A DNA stretch of 63,805 nucleotides, the filler included, from Octopus bimaculoides (lineage: Eukaryota), in the NCBI RefSeq assembly GCF_001194135.2. It is 4 parts of 4 records of this genome, joined end to end, with 100 filler letters (N's around TTAATTAATTAA, not from the genome) between each part and the next. Parts side by side here need not be neighbours in the genome. Positions count along the whole stretch, not along the records: positions 45,042 to 60,850 come from NC_068996.1; positions 60,951 to 63,805 come from NW_026306797.1; 2 more parts are not named here. One strand, 5' to 3'. Below the pieces are notes generated by a model that saw only the letters and a program-made list of their open reading frames with translations, was not told where the DNA came from and searched no databases. Within the stretch, counting starts at the first letter, position 1. The number at the start of each line of letters is the position of its first letter. The translations under genes and the position numbers were made by a program. This document shows, one piece after another, positions 51,011-63,379 of this stretch.

Positions 51011-51959
51011 AGTAAATTATGCACTGGAAGTCTGGTATCTCCATAATGGTTGTGATAGATCTGTATTGTTTGTTCTTTGTGTTACTGAGTAAATATTTAT
51101 TTACTATTTGAAAGCATTAATGCATCTAAATGAAGTAATACTAATTTTGAAAGAAACTGTTAAATTTGATTTTATGAAAAAGTAAAGGAACTTAAAGTGA
51201 AAAAAATAGATGTTCCTTGATTAATGTTTGTTTTTGAATCTATTGTTGTATATTGTTACTGATTATTGTGTTTCAGCTGAATCGTCTTTTTTTAATGGTG
51301 GTAGTTATGTTAAGGAAGTTATTGCATAAGTATGATTTCATTATTATGTAATTTGTCCATCCTCAGTTGAAGTCGAAAATCATCATCATTATTAAATGTT
51401 TGTTTTCCATGCTGGCATATATTGGAATAGTTTCACAGGAGCTGGCAAAACAGAAGACTATACAAGGCTCCAATGTCTATAAAGTGACTGGCATTTGGGA
51501 AGACATTGAGCCTTAAAAACCATGCCAAAACAGAGTGTACTGTGTGCTTTTTATGTAGTATCAGCACGGTGACATGGTTTCTTTGGTTGTATGCCCTTCC
51601 TTAATGCCAACCATTTTGCAGAATGCACTAGGTGCTTTTAACATGGTACCAGCATGGGTGAGATCTCCAAGTAACTTTCAAGACCAAGACCCCTTGAGTG
51701 TGGAAAGGTAGGAGATACATGGTAACCCAGTTAGGAAAGAAAGGCTAGAAAGGGAGTGAGAAAGAGTTAGAGAGGAAGATAGGGAGACGTGGCTGCTCTA
51801 GTTGGAAAGCAAGGGAAGAAAGGGAATGGAGGATAAAGAGAGGTTTATAAACCCAACACTTTGGGGTATTTTATAGCTTAACTTGCCTTATAGCAGCTTA
51901 CAGTAAGCTAAACTACTTTCAAACTTCAAATTCACTCCAGGATTTTTAAATGATTGTTT

Positions 51960-54900
51960 CATTGTTTCCATATTTTGTAATTTGTGTGCAAACGATGCCA
52001 AGCTTGATGTGCAGATGAATATTGTTTGCTGTTGTATACAGCTGAAATCTGCATTGCTGGTTTCTTTGTCAGTCTTTCTAAAAAGAGAACTTCCTTGTAA
52101 ACAACGTTCTTTGTGGCATGTTTGTCACTAGATAGGTATATGTTCAATCCTGTGGACACTCTGGAGAAGGCAACATATTGTTGTCCATGTGTAAATACAG
52201 GTTTTGATAAATATAAAGTAAGTTTTTCAAATGTTTGTCCTTGTCATTATTAATTACCATTGCTTATTTAGTAGGTAACTGTTGTCTAATTAATGTAAAC
52301 AGTAACTCTTCACCAAACTGAAGAAACAGTAACTCTTGGAATAAATATAGTTTTTTTGTGATGTGGACTGTCAGTTATAATTTTTGCCTTAATGACTTTT
52401 CCTTGAATGTCTTGAATAACCAAACAGGTACCATTACATATGCCATTAGCTTGGTCAATTGTATGTAAGAGAATAATTACAGCATTAGTCTTTAATCTTA
52501 ATATATGTGAAGGTAAGTCTGAAATATTTAGCATATTTAAGTACTCTGTAGTGAATTCTGAAGAGTCATCTTAATGCAAACATTGATCACAACTGAAGAG
52601 GACCTTTTCATCTGGAAACAATTTTAGTATTTCCTCATTGATGAGATTGACATCAATATTTTTAGGTGTTAAAGCAACAATGTTGGAAAATTTTTCCAGT
52701 TCTGCAATGCATTCCTGTGTAACATATTTATTGCAATCAGAGGGAATGAAATCATTGAAATCATGAACAATGTTACATCCCTGAGGTATAATAATTTTGT
52801 CCTTTGCTTCTGCTACAGAACCGTTTCCGACATGAAGTATAATGTTGTTAAACTAAATTTGGCTGTTTTGATTTGAATTTTGTGCATATGATTTTAAGTA
52901 CATATGATTTTAAGTTCTGTCAGTTGAATTTTTTTTTTACACATTTCTATAAAGATGAATTATTAAAGCTGCTGTCTACTATCTGTGGTCTGCTTCCATG
53001 ACAGCTAACATTTGTTGAAAATCCTCACGATAAGTCATTACTTTTCTGTCAAACAGAACATGTTCAAATCTGGGGTCAACTGTTTTCCTAAGATCTCCTA
53101 ATGCCTTATCCAATGCCTGTGGGAGGAAATGGTGAGACATGGCATAATTCATCCCAAATTATAACACCACCTTGTGTGATGCATGTTGCTTTTTACTCTG
53201 TATGGATACACTACAGGTGGCACCATTAACTAGATTGAAAGGAAGGGAAAAAGTGGAATGAGCCTAGTACTACCAGCAAGTATCAATGCAGCTAAAACTG
53301 ATGATGCAGTTGCTATTGCAATCTTTCCTTCTTTATAGGCATAAGAGAGAATGACACCATAGAGAAAAGTTTTGCCTAACCTACCTGGCCCATCCATAAA
53401 CAGAATCTTGTGACTATAAGCATCTCCTTTTGAATTGTGAATTGTTTCTTTAATTATCTGTGATGCTGCTTGTTGACCACAATTTAATTTCAAATGCTGT
53501 AAATAATTTGTCAGTGTGGAAAAGTCATTGCAGTTGATATGAGGTTGCTGAAACATTTTGCAAACAAAATAGATAGTATCCACGGACATAATGTGCTAAA
53601 CCCAGTTTCATTGCAGCCTCTTTGTAAGTGTGGCTAACTACACCATTAATAATTCTAATATCTTCAAATGATATAGCTTGAGGAATATGTTGCAATAAAG
53701 CTCTCAGAATTGCTTCTATTCCTTAGTTGAAACAATTGCATGTGTATTATTTTTTCTGAGATGTCACATTTTCTCATACTACACCGATTTCTTTGAATTT
53801 TACACATGAAATAATACTAACATATGTGCAAATGACTTAGCTGGTGATTCCATGTTAATTCACATCTATTCAGTAAGAGTGGACTTGTCATGAGTGTGGA
53901 TAACATGTTGAATATCATCATCATCATTAAAGTAAATATATTGTTGTTGGGGTAAATGAACTGTAAGCTATTGGACTGGAGGATATGAACCATGCATTTT
54001 GAAAGTCAAAATCCTCCAGGCTGCCTCTGATGAGGATACATTGTGGCCATTATTATGATTTTCTGTTTATTGTGTATAGGTTTGTCCACTAATATTGACT
54101 GTATGATCTTTATTAATAAATTTAACTGATTTTACTGACACATATATCTCTATATTACAATGACCTCCATATTTGACTAAAAGGAAGTGGGGATATAGTA
54201 CTACTGAATAATTATCTAATTCAACATTTGACTTTGTAAATGTAGATCCATTATTTCAACATTGTTAAAGTGGGACGACTATTATAACTGTGTAATGTTT
54301 TTTTATGAAAGTATTTAAGGAAATGTTTTTCACATTTCCCATCAACCGTACATGTTGCATTGGGTTTATCTCTCCCACATTGAATCATGTAGCATGCTTT
54401 TGGTGACGTGCTGAAACAGAACTAGTTGTGTTTGTGGATTTGAAACTTCTGCACAAAGAAACATCATTATGTTCTGGATCTAACTTAACATTTTGGGAGA
54501 GATTGCAGGATACATATGGACTACGGAGTTTCAAAGGTGTGGACTACTCTATTGTCATATGTTGTTCATATTAAAAGGAGATGTGTTAGAGATCCCTAAG
54601 TTTCATATTAAAAATCGTCGGTTAAGTTGGGTCTGTCAGCTGGTGTGTGTCCTGGATAGTCTGTCTGTAATTTTTCTTTCCATTGGAGATTACAGGTGAA
54701 AGTGATGAAGAAATTTAGTTTTCCTACCTTTTAAACAATTGCCATCAAGTCTTGGTATAGTTTCTGTATCCACCATAGGCCTTCTATGAATGTTGGAAGC
54801 ATGATGACTCTTTTGTCTATATTTGAGCTATGAGAATACATGTAATCATAGATATTTTGATAAATTTCTGCCATGATATTTCTTTTTTATTATATCAAAT

Positions 54901-55330
54901 CTACTGTAACTTTCCTTCTTCACTCTTGGAATACATTTCGATATCATTCACTACTCAGGTTGTTTAGTTCAGGAATATTTCTGTGATACCATGTTGCTAA
55001 ACTATGAGCCTATATTTGTAAAAATCCATCTGTGATATTTTATGACTCTTACCTCCAGTGTCAAAAAGTTAAGTCCACTCTCCATCCCCTATTACCAATT
55101 GGAATTAGCAAGGAGAACTGCAGTGGGTCATAATTTGGATGCATTGAATCAACTGTTTGGAAGAGAGATTCATTCATTAGGAACACACCTTTTATGCAGT
55201 GTCCGAAATCTTTGCTGCAGAAGAAGTTGCAGTAATTGTGCCAGTTGCAGATGATTGTATGATTGATTACCAGCTATAGGAATGTGTTTATCTTCTGGAA
55301 TAACAATTGAGAACTCTTGTGTATTAATAG
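51960..55330 (-). mobile_element. Helitron RepHel gene, nearly complete but degenerate
   Basis: Minus strand, in order: HPNYDPLQFSLLIPIG..GW; LYQDLMAIV..GKLNFFITFTCN..W (Rep motif 1); DGKCEKHF; LDN..VV.Y..LL.KY.GHCNIE; SSEAAWRI..F..H; FMDGPG..GKTFLY (Walker A); IIWDE; GICNGT.L; KPVFTHGQQYVAFSRV; TKNVVYKEVL. Motif 2 (EFQRCGLLYCH) lies on the opposite strand. Confidence 0.92.
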
Positions 55331-56513
55331 TGTTTAAATATTCTGCATTATTATTTTGCTGAGGTGGTCAAGTATTTTTGAGAACCTCATATCACCAGAA
55401 ATTCTGTCCTTCATAATCTCATCCCTTAAGCTCAGAGTCCTGAGGTCAGCCTTCACCTCTTCATCCCATGTCTTTCAGTAAGATACGGTTTAAGGGAGAT
55501 TTGGCTGCTATTTCTAGCATGTTGAGCAACTATATAGAGGTCTTACTAATTGATGATGTCTGTTGGATCAGGGCTGACATATTGATTTGAAATATTTTTA
55601 ATGTTTTTCAAAATATTTTAAAAATTTATGGCTAGTTAGGTTGATATGTTTCACTAAAACCATCACAAAAAAGCCATTGCTAAGTGTCTCGCCCAAAGCA
55701 CCATACATTGTGGAACATGATTAAACAGTTTTGAATGTCAGATTCTTTCTAGAAATTTACCGATATTTAATAGCAATGTGTGTATGTTATTTCATTACTT
55801 ATATTGAAAAGAAAAATTCTAAAATTAGATTTACCTCTGTTAAAAACAATGAAATATTAATTTAGTAGAACGCTGGCAAGAAAAACATCAACAGTGGAAA
55901 ATGTAAATAGAGGTAGAAGAGGTACAATTAAATTAAAAGAATGTGCATTTATAAGGCAATAAAAAATTACTGCCTAAATACTGCCACACACACTTTGATG
56001 CATTTTTAATAGAGTTAGGATTCATTACTAAACACATTATCATTGTAAATACTGTTATCTTATTTATGTTTGTGTGTAGTGAAAAATTAAGCCCATCTCA
56101 TTCACATTATCATCACTCTTTTGATGCAAACCAAATGAAAGAAGTGTTATTGTTTTTAAGAAAAAAAAAAGCAATGAAAACGTTTGAATTGCTTATATCA
56201 CACACAAATAGCAAATGAAGTTGCATGGATATTCAAACATGAAGTGTTTGCCAAGTAGAAATTAAAATAACACATTAATCTTGCACATGTACACAAACTG
56301 TTGTCCAGTCATGAACATCCCACTGGTCAGGGACCAGTATGAATGAGGTCATTGTGCATGCTTTACTTAGACAAAATGTCTTTTTAAAAATTACATACAT
56401 CTATATGTAGAAGAATTTGTTTTGGGATTTGAAAATGCACCAAATCTCAAACCATGTGGTCGTTTTTAAATTTGATTGTTTAAACAGGATTTGCTGAATT
56501 TCATCTTGTAACT

Positions 56514-56743
56514 TTAACCCTTTTGTTACCAACCCAGCTGAAACTGCTTCTGGCTCTGTTGCACAAATGTCTTGTTTTCATAAGTTTTGAATTAAAATCT
56601 TCCACCAAACCTTAGTCACAATTTATGTTCCTAACACTAGCTGAATGATAACTAAGTTACTTTACTAAATTCTTTGTTACATTTAAAAGCAATTAAAAGA
56701 AGCAGAGAGCATCTCAAAATAAATACGGTAACAAAAGGGTTAA
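56514..56743. mobile_element. piggyBac-type MITE
   Basis: TTAA-CCCTTTTGTTACC ... GGTAACAAAAGGG-TTAA: 13-bp TIR starting CCC, with TTAA TSD. Confidence 0.82.
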
Positions 56744-58225
56744 ACTCTCCTAAAGTTTTTATTTTATATTATTGATAAGCAAAAAATTGTCAAAACTGGT
56801 TTGGTTTTTGAAAATGCACCTGAATCTCAAAACGTGTTGCTGTTTTATAGATAAGTTATCTATGTATGGCAGTATAGTTTAGGTGTGCAAGGTATCAGTA
56901 AAAACCAAGTGTAACACAAGGAGAAATGGAATAGTAAAGAGACAGGTTGAATAAGCAAACATGAGAGAAAAGGAGTATGGTCATTATAAACTTCAATTTT
57001 ATTTAGCTGTGTAGTAAATAATTTCCTTGTTGTACTGACACACTTGGTAAAGGTCATAGGTAACACAATAAATGACTAACTGGGATTTATCTGTTGTATT
57101 TGCTTAAAGAAATGTATATGTAAATAAACAGCATGACTAAACAAAAACTTTTGGGTGTTTAAGAAAATTACATTCAGCTATGGTGGTTTACCTGTCTGAG
57201 ACATCTATGAGTTTAAAAGTTGTAATGAACTATAAGTGTTGTACTAACAGCTAGAGATGAGTTCAGAGTTTCTATTTAATAATTGTTCTTTAGATAACAG
57301 TACTGCTCAAAGTGGTGGCATATCATCGTCAAGGGAACAGCTCAAATGGAAATAACAGATATCAAAAGGTAGAGATCAGACGTTGAAGATACAAAGGGTG
57401 ACTTGCACTTCCTCATCCCCCGCCAACCCTCCCTTGATAAATGGCTCTGACTCTTCTATGCTGTCCTTGGCCTGAACAGCTACCTCAAGCACTGGCACTC
57501 TTCACACCCATCATGATGAAGAAGCTCAATCACTCGCTACAGATGTACTCAGATGAGTTAATGCTGAAAATGACGATCCTGTACTTTTTCATGTGCAAAG
57601 TTGGTGCTTTTCTTTTTTTGCATGGTTTGGCTTTTGACAGAATCATTTGCAATATTAAAATTTATCCTAAAATCTTTTAGCTGCCATGCATATGTTAATA
57701 GTGGAGGTACTAGCTTTTATATTTCTGTGAATATATGAAAAATTATGTTAATACTGATTTGTTCCTGTTCCAGAATTGGTTTAAACACATTTTTAAGAAA
57801 CAGTTTTACTGTTACTTTGTAAACATATTTTTGACAAGATATTGTCCTCCAAGGGGGTATAATTATAATCAAGACAACTGAAATTATATGGCGGGCTTGC
57901 ATTGCTAGGGTAAATATCTTTCCGTTTGTTTGTGTTTGAAGAGATGATTGGTTGTGCAAAATTATGAGAAGTTGAATATGGGAATTTAACTGTGTCTAGT
58001 GAATAATTTGTACTATTTGTGAACACGGTTATCAAATAGTTTAAAAAAAGATATTAGTTACTTGAGTGAAAACTGGAAAATTGCATCATACCAAATGACT
58101 GATTTTTTTGGCTTCATTTTTATTTTCGGTTGGGGTGAATGGACATATTTTTCATGCATTAAATTGTCTCTTTATAACCATTCTTTGTGAGTGCTTTATT
58201 ATATCCATGAACTGATTCACTGAAT

Positions 58226-58520
58226 GTGAAGGTGCATGACTCAGTGGTTAGAGCATCAGGCTTGCAATCATGAGGTAGTGACCGGGCTGTGTGCTGTGTT
58301 CTTGAGCAACACACTTTATTTCATGTTGCTCAAGTTCACTCGGCTGTAGAAATTAATTGCAACATCACTGGTGCCAAGCTGTATCAGCCTTTGCCTTTCC
58401 CTTGGATAACATCAGTGGCATGGAGAGGGGAGACTGGTATGCATGGGCTACTGCTAGTCTTCCATAAACAAATTTGCTCAGACTTGTGTTTTGGTTGGTA
58501 GCTTTCTAGGTGCTATGCCA
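58226..58520 (+). mobile_element. tRNA-derived SINE (CpG-decayed; related to 7946-8210)
   Basis: GTGCATGACTCAGTGGTTAGAGCATCAGG head and GTTCTTGAGCAA.ACACTTTATTTCA core. Confidence 0.65.
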
Positions 58521-58753
58521 TAGTCATTTATGACTAAAAGGTGTCTTTACCCTTTACCCAATTCATTGAATACCTTTCCATTACAACTTAGTGATGGAAT
58601 TCTTAAAAAACATTCCTAACTAAAGTGATTAGATTATTCACATACAAAAGATTTATTTTCATATGAACTAAATATGTTACTAGATAAATTTAGTGTTATA
58701 TATAGGAATTTTATTTTTATATTCTCATCAACAGCAATTTGGATCCTACTTGT

Positions 58754-58987
58754 TTAACCTTTTAACATTCAGATTATTCTGTTAAATGTAATGCTTATTT
58801 ATTTGCATTGTTATAAATTAACCATTTGTTTCATAGCTTTTAAATTTCAATGATGTGATTATTTATTTTTAGAATGACATTACAGGGTAGGTGTGAGAGG
58901 CTGAATATAGCTGAATATGGCCAGTCATAATATAAAATAGCAGAATATTTGGGTTGGATATGGCCAGTTTAAATGCTAAAGGGTTAA
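58754..58987. mobile_element. piggyBac-type MITE (diverged)
   Basis: TTAA-CCTTTTAACATT ... AATGCTAAAGGG-TTAA. Confidence 0.65.
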
Positions 58988-59261
58988 AAAAAAAACCAAT
59001 AAAAGTGTTTATGGAACCTATCAGCTGATTGAAGGTTCATATATATCTAAATAACAGCAAATCATCATCTCAAGATAACACTATGAAAGGAAGATTCTTT
59101 TTTATGAATACTGTCAGTTATCTTAGATCTTTGACAGACAAACTAAAAATAATAGTAATAATAAAGTGAAGATCAAATAAATAATGTTAGTATTTAATTG
59201 GCAATAGATGATCATCCCCTAGAGTATAAATATACATATATATCATCATCATCATCATGTT

Positions 59262-59441
59262 AGTGAAAGTTCTTTCGTCACACATTCTGTGACTTCTTTG
59301 GTGACTTTATGTCCCATGTGTCTCCTCTTGTCCTGTTTATTCCATTTTGTCAAAAAAGGAATGGGCAGGAGAAGAGAAGACATACGGGACAGAAAGTTGT
59401 TGAAGAGGTCACAGAATGTGTGATGAAAGAACTTTTTCACT
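59262..59441. mobile_element. MITE-like element with about 38-bp imperfect TIRs
   Basis: AGTGAAAGTTCTTTCGTCACACATTCTGTGACTTCTT versus AAGAGGTCACAGAATGTGTGATGAAAGAACTTTTTCACT. Confidence 0.75.
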
Positions 59442-59600
59442 GAAAAATAAGCTAAAAATAATAATAATAATAAAGTGATATTGAAGATGAAATATCTAGT
59501 GTGTGTGTTTAATCAGCAAAAGATGACCATCGCCAAATATAACAATATCTGTTTCAACACACAAATTTCATGCTGCAAGAATATTGCAAAACAAATACAT

Positions 59601-59697
<97 letters not shown>

Positions 59698-60608
59698 CAG
59701 GAAGAATTAAAAAACAAAAATTTCATAGCTATTGAAAAATGGAAATTTTTTAAATANNNNNNNNNNAATACATGCTGTAGAGGATATGGCTTTATTTAAA
59801 CTGAATGTTTGTCTTGCATCTCAAGTTGCACACCATTGTGATCTACAGGCAAGGGATCACAGCAGGGTGAAACTTGAACCATGAAACACACATTCAGTTT
59901 AAATAAATATGAGTGCATTTTTTTCAGATTTATGGATTCTTAGACAGTTTACATGCACACACACACACACACTTATTATTATTATTATTATTATATAAAT
60001 TTAGAAAATAAAGTGAACATTATAGAATGTGTTGATTAAACAATGTCAAAAATGTTAATGAAGAGGATAATAGCTCAGCTGTTGATTAAATTACAATAAT
60101 TTCAACTTAATATAGTTGTTAAATACTTTATAAAGGCTGAAGATCGTTTCCAGATCCAACAATGCAGAGCAGCATCTGTCTCAATAGAGTTTGAAAATTA
60201 ATTATTATCCATAAAGTGTAAGTGAAACAGTTACCTTTTGTTTCATGTCAGACATCTTACTTATTAAGTTCTTCAACTTATCTCTATCTAAATCATCATT
60301 ATTACTTTACAGATAACTATCTTAAATATTTCAGAAGTTTATTCAGTAATATTCTACTAATTGTATTTAATTATATATTGAATATTTTCTAATTAGATAA
60401 TTAGGTTTAGTAAAATAATTTAATCAACACTTTCAATGAGATTCTTACTCAGTACAGTATAGAGATAACAAACTTATCCATATGCAGAAGAAAAAAATCT
60501 ATGTTTTGGCATGACTTTCTTAAGTATGAAGTTAAATTAACCTGATGTGCACTAGGTCTCCCAAAGCGCTTACATTGTCTGTTAAAACTTTCTATTTGAT
60601 ATTTGTTG

Positions 60609-60639
<31 letters not shown>

Positions 60640-60645
<6 letters not shown>

Positions 60646-60850
60646 GAGAATGTACGAAAAAACAACAACAGACGAGGACAGGTGGTGTAAACAACAAAAG
60701 GATGTATTAGTATGACGCTCGGGAATACGGAAAGTCTTTAACGTTTCGAGCTATGCTCTTCAACAGAAAGAATACGGAGACAAGGAGAAAAACACGGAGA
60801 AAAAAAATTGAATAGTGTTCAGTCAACGGTCAATCATAGTAATGGCTGAC
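60640..60850 (-). mobile_element. PLE 3'UTR-type dispersed repeat, copy 3
   Basis: Reverse-complement homolog of 150-312. Its CpGs are intact, unlike the surrounding DNA. Ends in (TA)n. Confidence 0.5.
60735..60771 (-). ncRNA. Minimal type I hammerhead-like motif, copy 3 (CUGUUGA core)
   Basis: Minus strand TCTTT-CTGTTGA-A-GAGC(ATA)GCTC-GAA-ACGT-T-AAAGA. Perfect 5-bp helix I, 4-bp helix II and a GUU triplet. Confidence 0.55.
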
Positions 60851-60950
60851 NNNNNNNNNNNNNNNNNNNNNNNNNNNNNNNNNNNNNNNNNNNNTTAATT
60901 AATTAANNNNNNNNNNNNNNNNNNNNNNNNNNNNNNNNNNNNNNNNNNNN
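60851..60950. other. Artificial 100-nt assembly linker
   Basis: N44-TTAATTAATTAA-N44. Confidence 0.95.
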
Positions 60951-60989
60951 TCTGTGTGTGTGTATAAATGTTTCATTCCAAATGCTTTG

Positions 60990-61765
60990 GGACTTTTTCA
61001 GGAGTGATATTTCTTCATTTCAAGGGAGTATAAAATTACGAATTATTTGAATGTAGGATCCTTTGCCATAATTGCAACTGTAGCGCTCCAATTTCCTCGG
61101 GAAGGCCCTATAAAATTCTTACAAATTAAAGATATCCAGTATCTGTGTCATAGCCTTCTTCATCTTCTGGATGTTTTCAAAGCGACTACTTCTGAGGTAC
61201 TTCTTCAGCTTGGAGAAAAACCAGCAGTTGCAGTTAGCAATATCAGTGATGTAAAGAGAGTGAGGGCTACGTTTGATGCCGCCTCTATCAAGTAACTGGT
61301 TACCAGGACTGAATTGTTGACTGCTTAATTATCCTAATGAATGTGCTTCCGACAAAAGTGAAAGAGCTCTGGACTTTATCATAAAATTTCTTCCTGTCTC
61401 CCTGAGAACTTCCACAAAGTACTCCCTGTTGGCCGTCTGGCCAGAGGGAACAGATTACATACAGATGATACTGCTGTTGTCGTTAAAAAGATCGTCATGA
61501 CCTTCTCGGTAGACTTCCTTTGAGGGGCCTTCATAGATCTGGGGGAACCAGGATACTTCCATCGGGAACTCTGTCTTTTATATCTCGATCATATCAGTAG
61601 ATCCAGCTTTCGTCACCCGTGCATGTCATCGAAGTATTCTTCGATTGGTGGTAATGATGTCAGCTATATTCCTGATGTCTCCAACGCATCTTTCTTTCTT
61701 GTTTGTCACTGAGCAACATGGAAACAAATTTCTCACAATTGCATATTTTCTCAAGCTACTCTGAT
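60990..61765 (-). mobile_element. Mariner transposase remnant
   Basis: Reads TCTGDESWIY.YD, SSRWKYPGSPR, VPSGQTANREYFVEVL, H.DN, and CWFFSKLKKYLRSSRFE, with stops. Confidence 0.85.
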
Positions 61766-61769
61766 ATTC

Positions 61770-61861
<92 letters not shown>

Positions 61862-63379
61862 CTACGAATATATAGAAACTTGCTACAGGTTTAAATATGC
61901 TTGAGGTATTTCATGGAGAAAATTTCTCGCTGTAGACGAGAGGTGTAAACACACCGAGTTACACCACGGCGCTACGAAGCGAGATTTTTAGATGTATGCA
62001 ATAGTCCAATATGTATCTTTAGGAACTGTAGTTGACTGGAAAATGATATGCAGGTAAAATAATTACAGAGAAGGTGATTCACATCTTAATTATTGAAAGG
62101 CTTATAAAAACTACACCTAATTATCTATTAATTAGTGCCGATATCTTCCTCGTACAGAGTAAAATTCGCTGGAATCGTTCCAGTGACCAGGAGGCAGAGA
62201 GGCCGACAAAAATTTTGGCAACAAGTAGTAAACAATTAATTGGAGCTAACAGTCTTTGAATTACTAAAAGTTGTCTTCACATTGAAATTGCTAAGTAAAT
62301 ATCTGTGTGTGTGTTTGTTCGTGTATATATATGTATGCATATATATATATATATANNNNNNNNNNNNNNNNNNNNNNNNNNNNNNNNNNNNNNNNNNNNN
62401 NNNNNNNNNNNNNNNNNNNNNNNNNNNNNNNNNNNNNNNNNNNNNNNNNNNNNNNNNNNNNNNNNNNNNNNNNNNNNNNNNNNNNNNNNNNNNNNNNNNN
62501 NNNNNNNNNNNNNNNNNNNNNNNNNNNNNNNNNNNNNNNNNNNNNNNNNNNNNNNNNNNNNNNNNNNNNNNNNNNNNNNNNNNNNNNNNNNNNNNNNNNN
62601 NNNNNNNNNNNNNNNNNNNNNNNNNNNNNNNNNNNNNNNNNNNNNNNNNNNNNNNNNNNNNNNNNNNNNNNNNNNNNNNNNNNNNNNNNNNNNNNNNNNN
62701 NNNNNNNNNNNNNNNNNNNNNNNNNNNNNNNNNNNNNNNNNNNNNNNNNNNNNNNNNNNNNNNNNNNNNNNNNNNNNNNNNNNNNNNNNNNNNNNNNNNN
62801 NNNNNNNNNNNNNNNNNNNNNNNNNNNNNNNNNNNNNNNNNNNNNNNNNNNNNNNNNNNNNNNNNNNNNNNNNNNNNNNNNNNNNNNNNNNNNNNNNNNN
62901 NNNNNNNNNNNNNNNNNNNNNNNNNNNNNNNNNNNNNNNNNNNNNNNNNNNNNNNNNNNNNNNNNNNNNNNNNNNNNNNNNNNNNNNTATATATAAAGTA
63001 AATATGTCTCTATAAAGATATATATATATATATATATATATAGTTACGAAAGAGATTTGACGTTAATATCCATATCAATGTTATTTATTCCTATGTCAAC
63101 ATTTCTGTATAAAGCTATATTTGACCGTCAAGTTTAAGTCAAACATATAAGTTGCCATACACTTCTTCGGGGAATAATCTTTTAGAACAAACAAACAAAC
63201 AAACAATAAATAAATGAAACAAAATTTGGAGATCAATACCGTATTTCTAGATTTCTTCCATATTTAAGTTGAGCGTCAAGTGGTTCAATAGTATTTTTGT
63301 CCCTCTCAAAACTAAGTCCATTAAGGGGAGGTAACCCCTTGCCATATTATATGAATTTGTCACAATTTTTTACTCAAAT

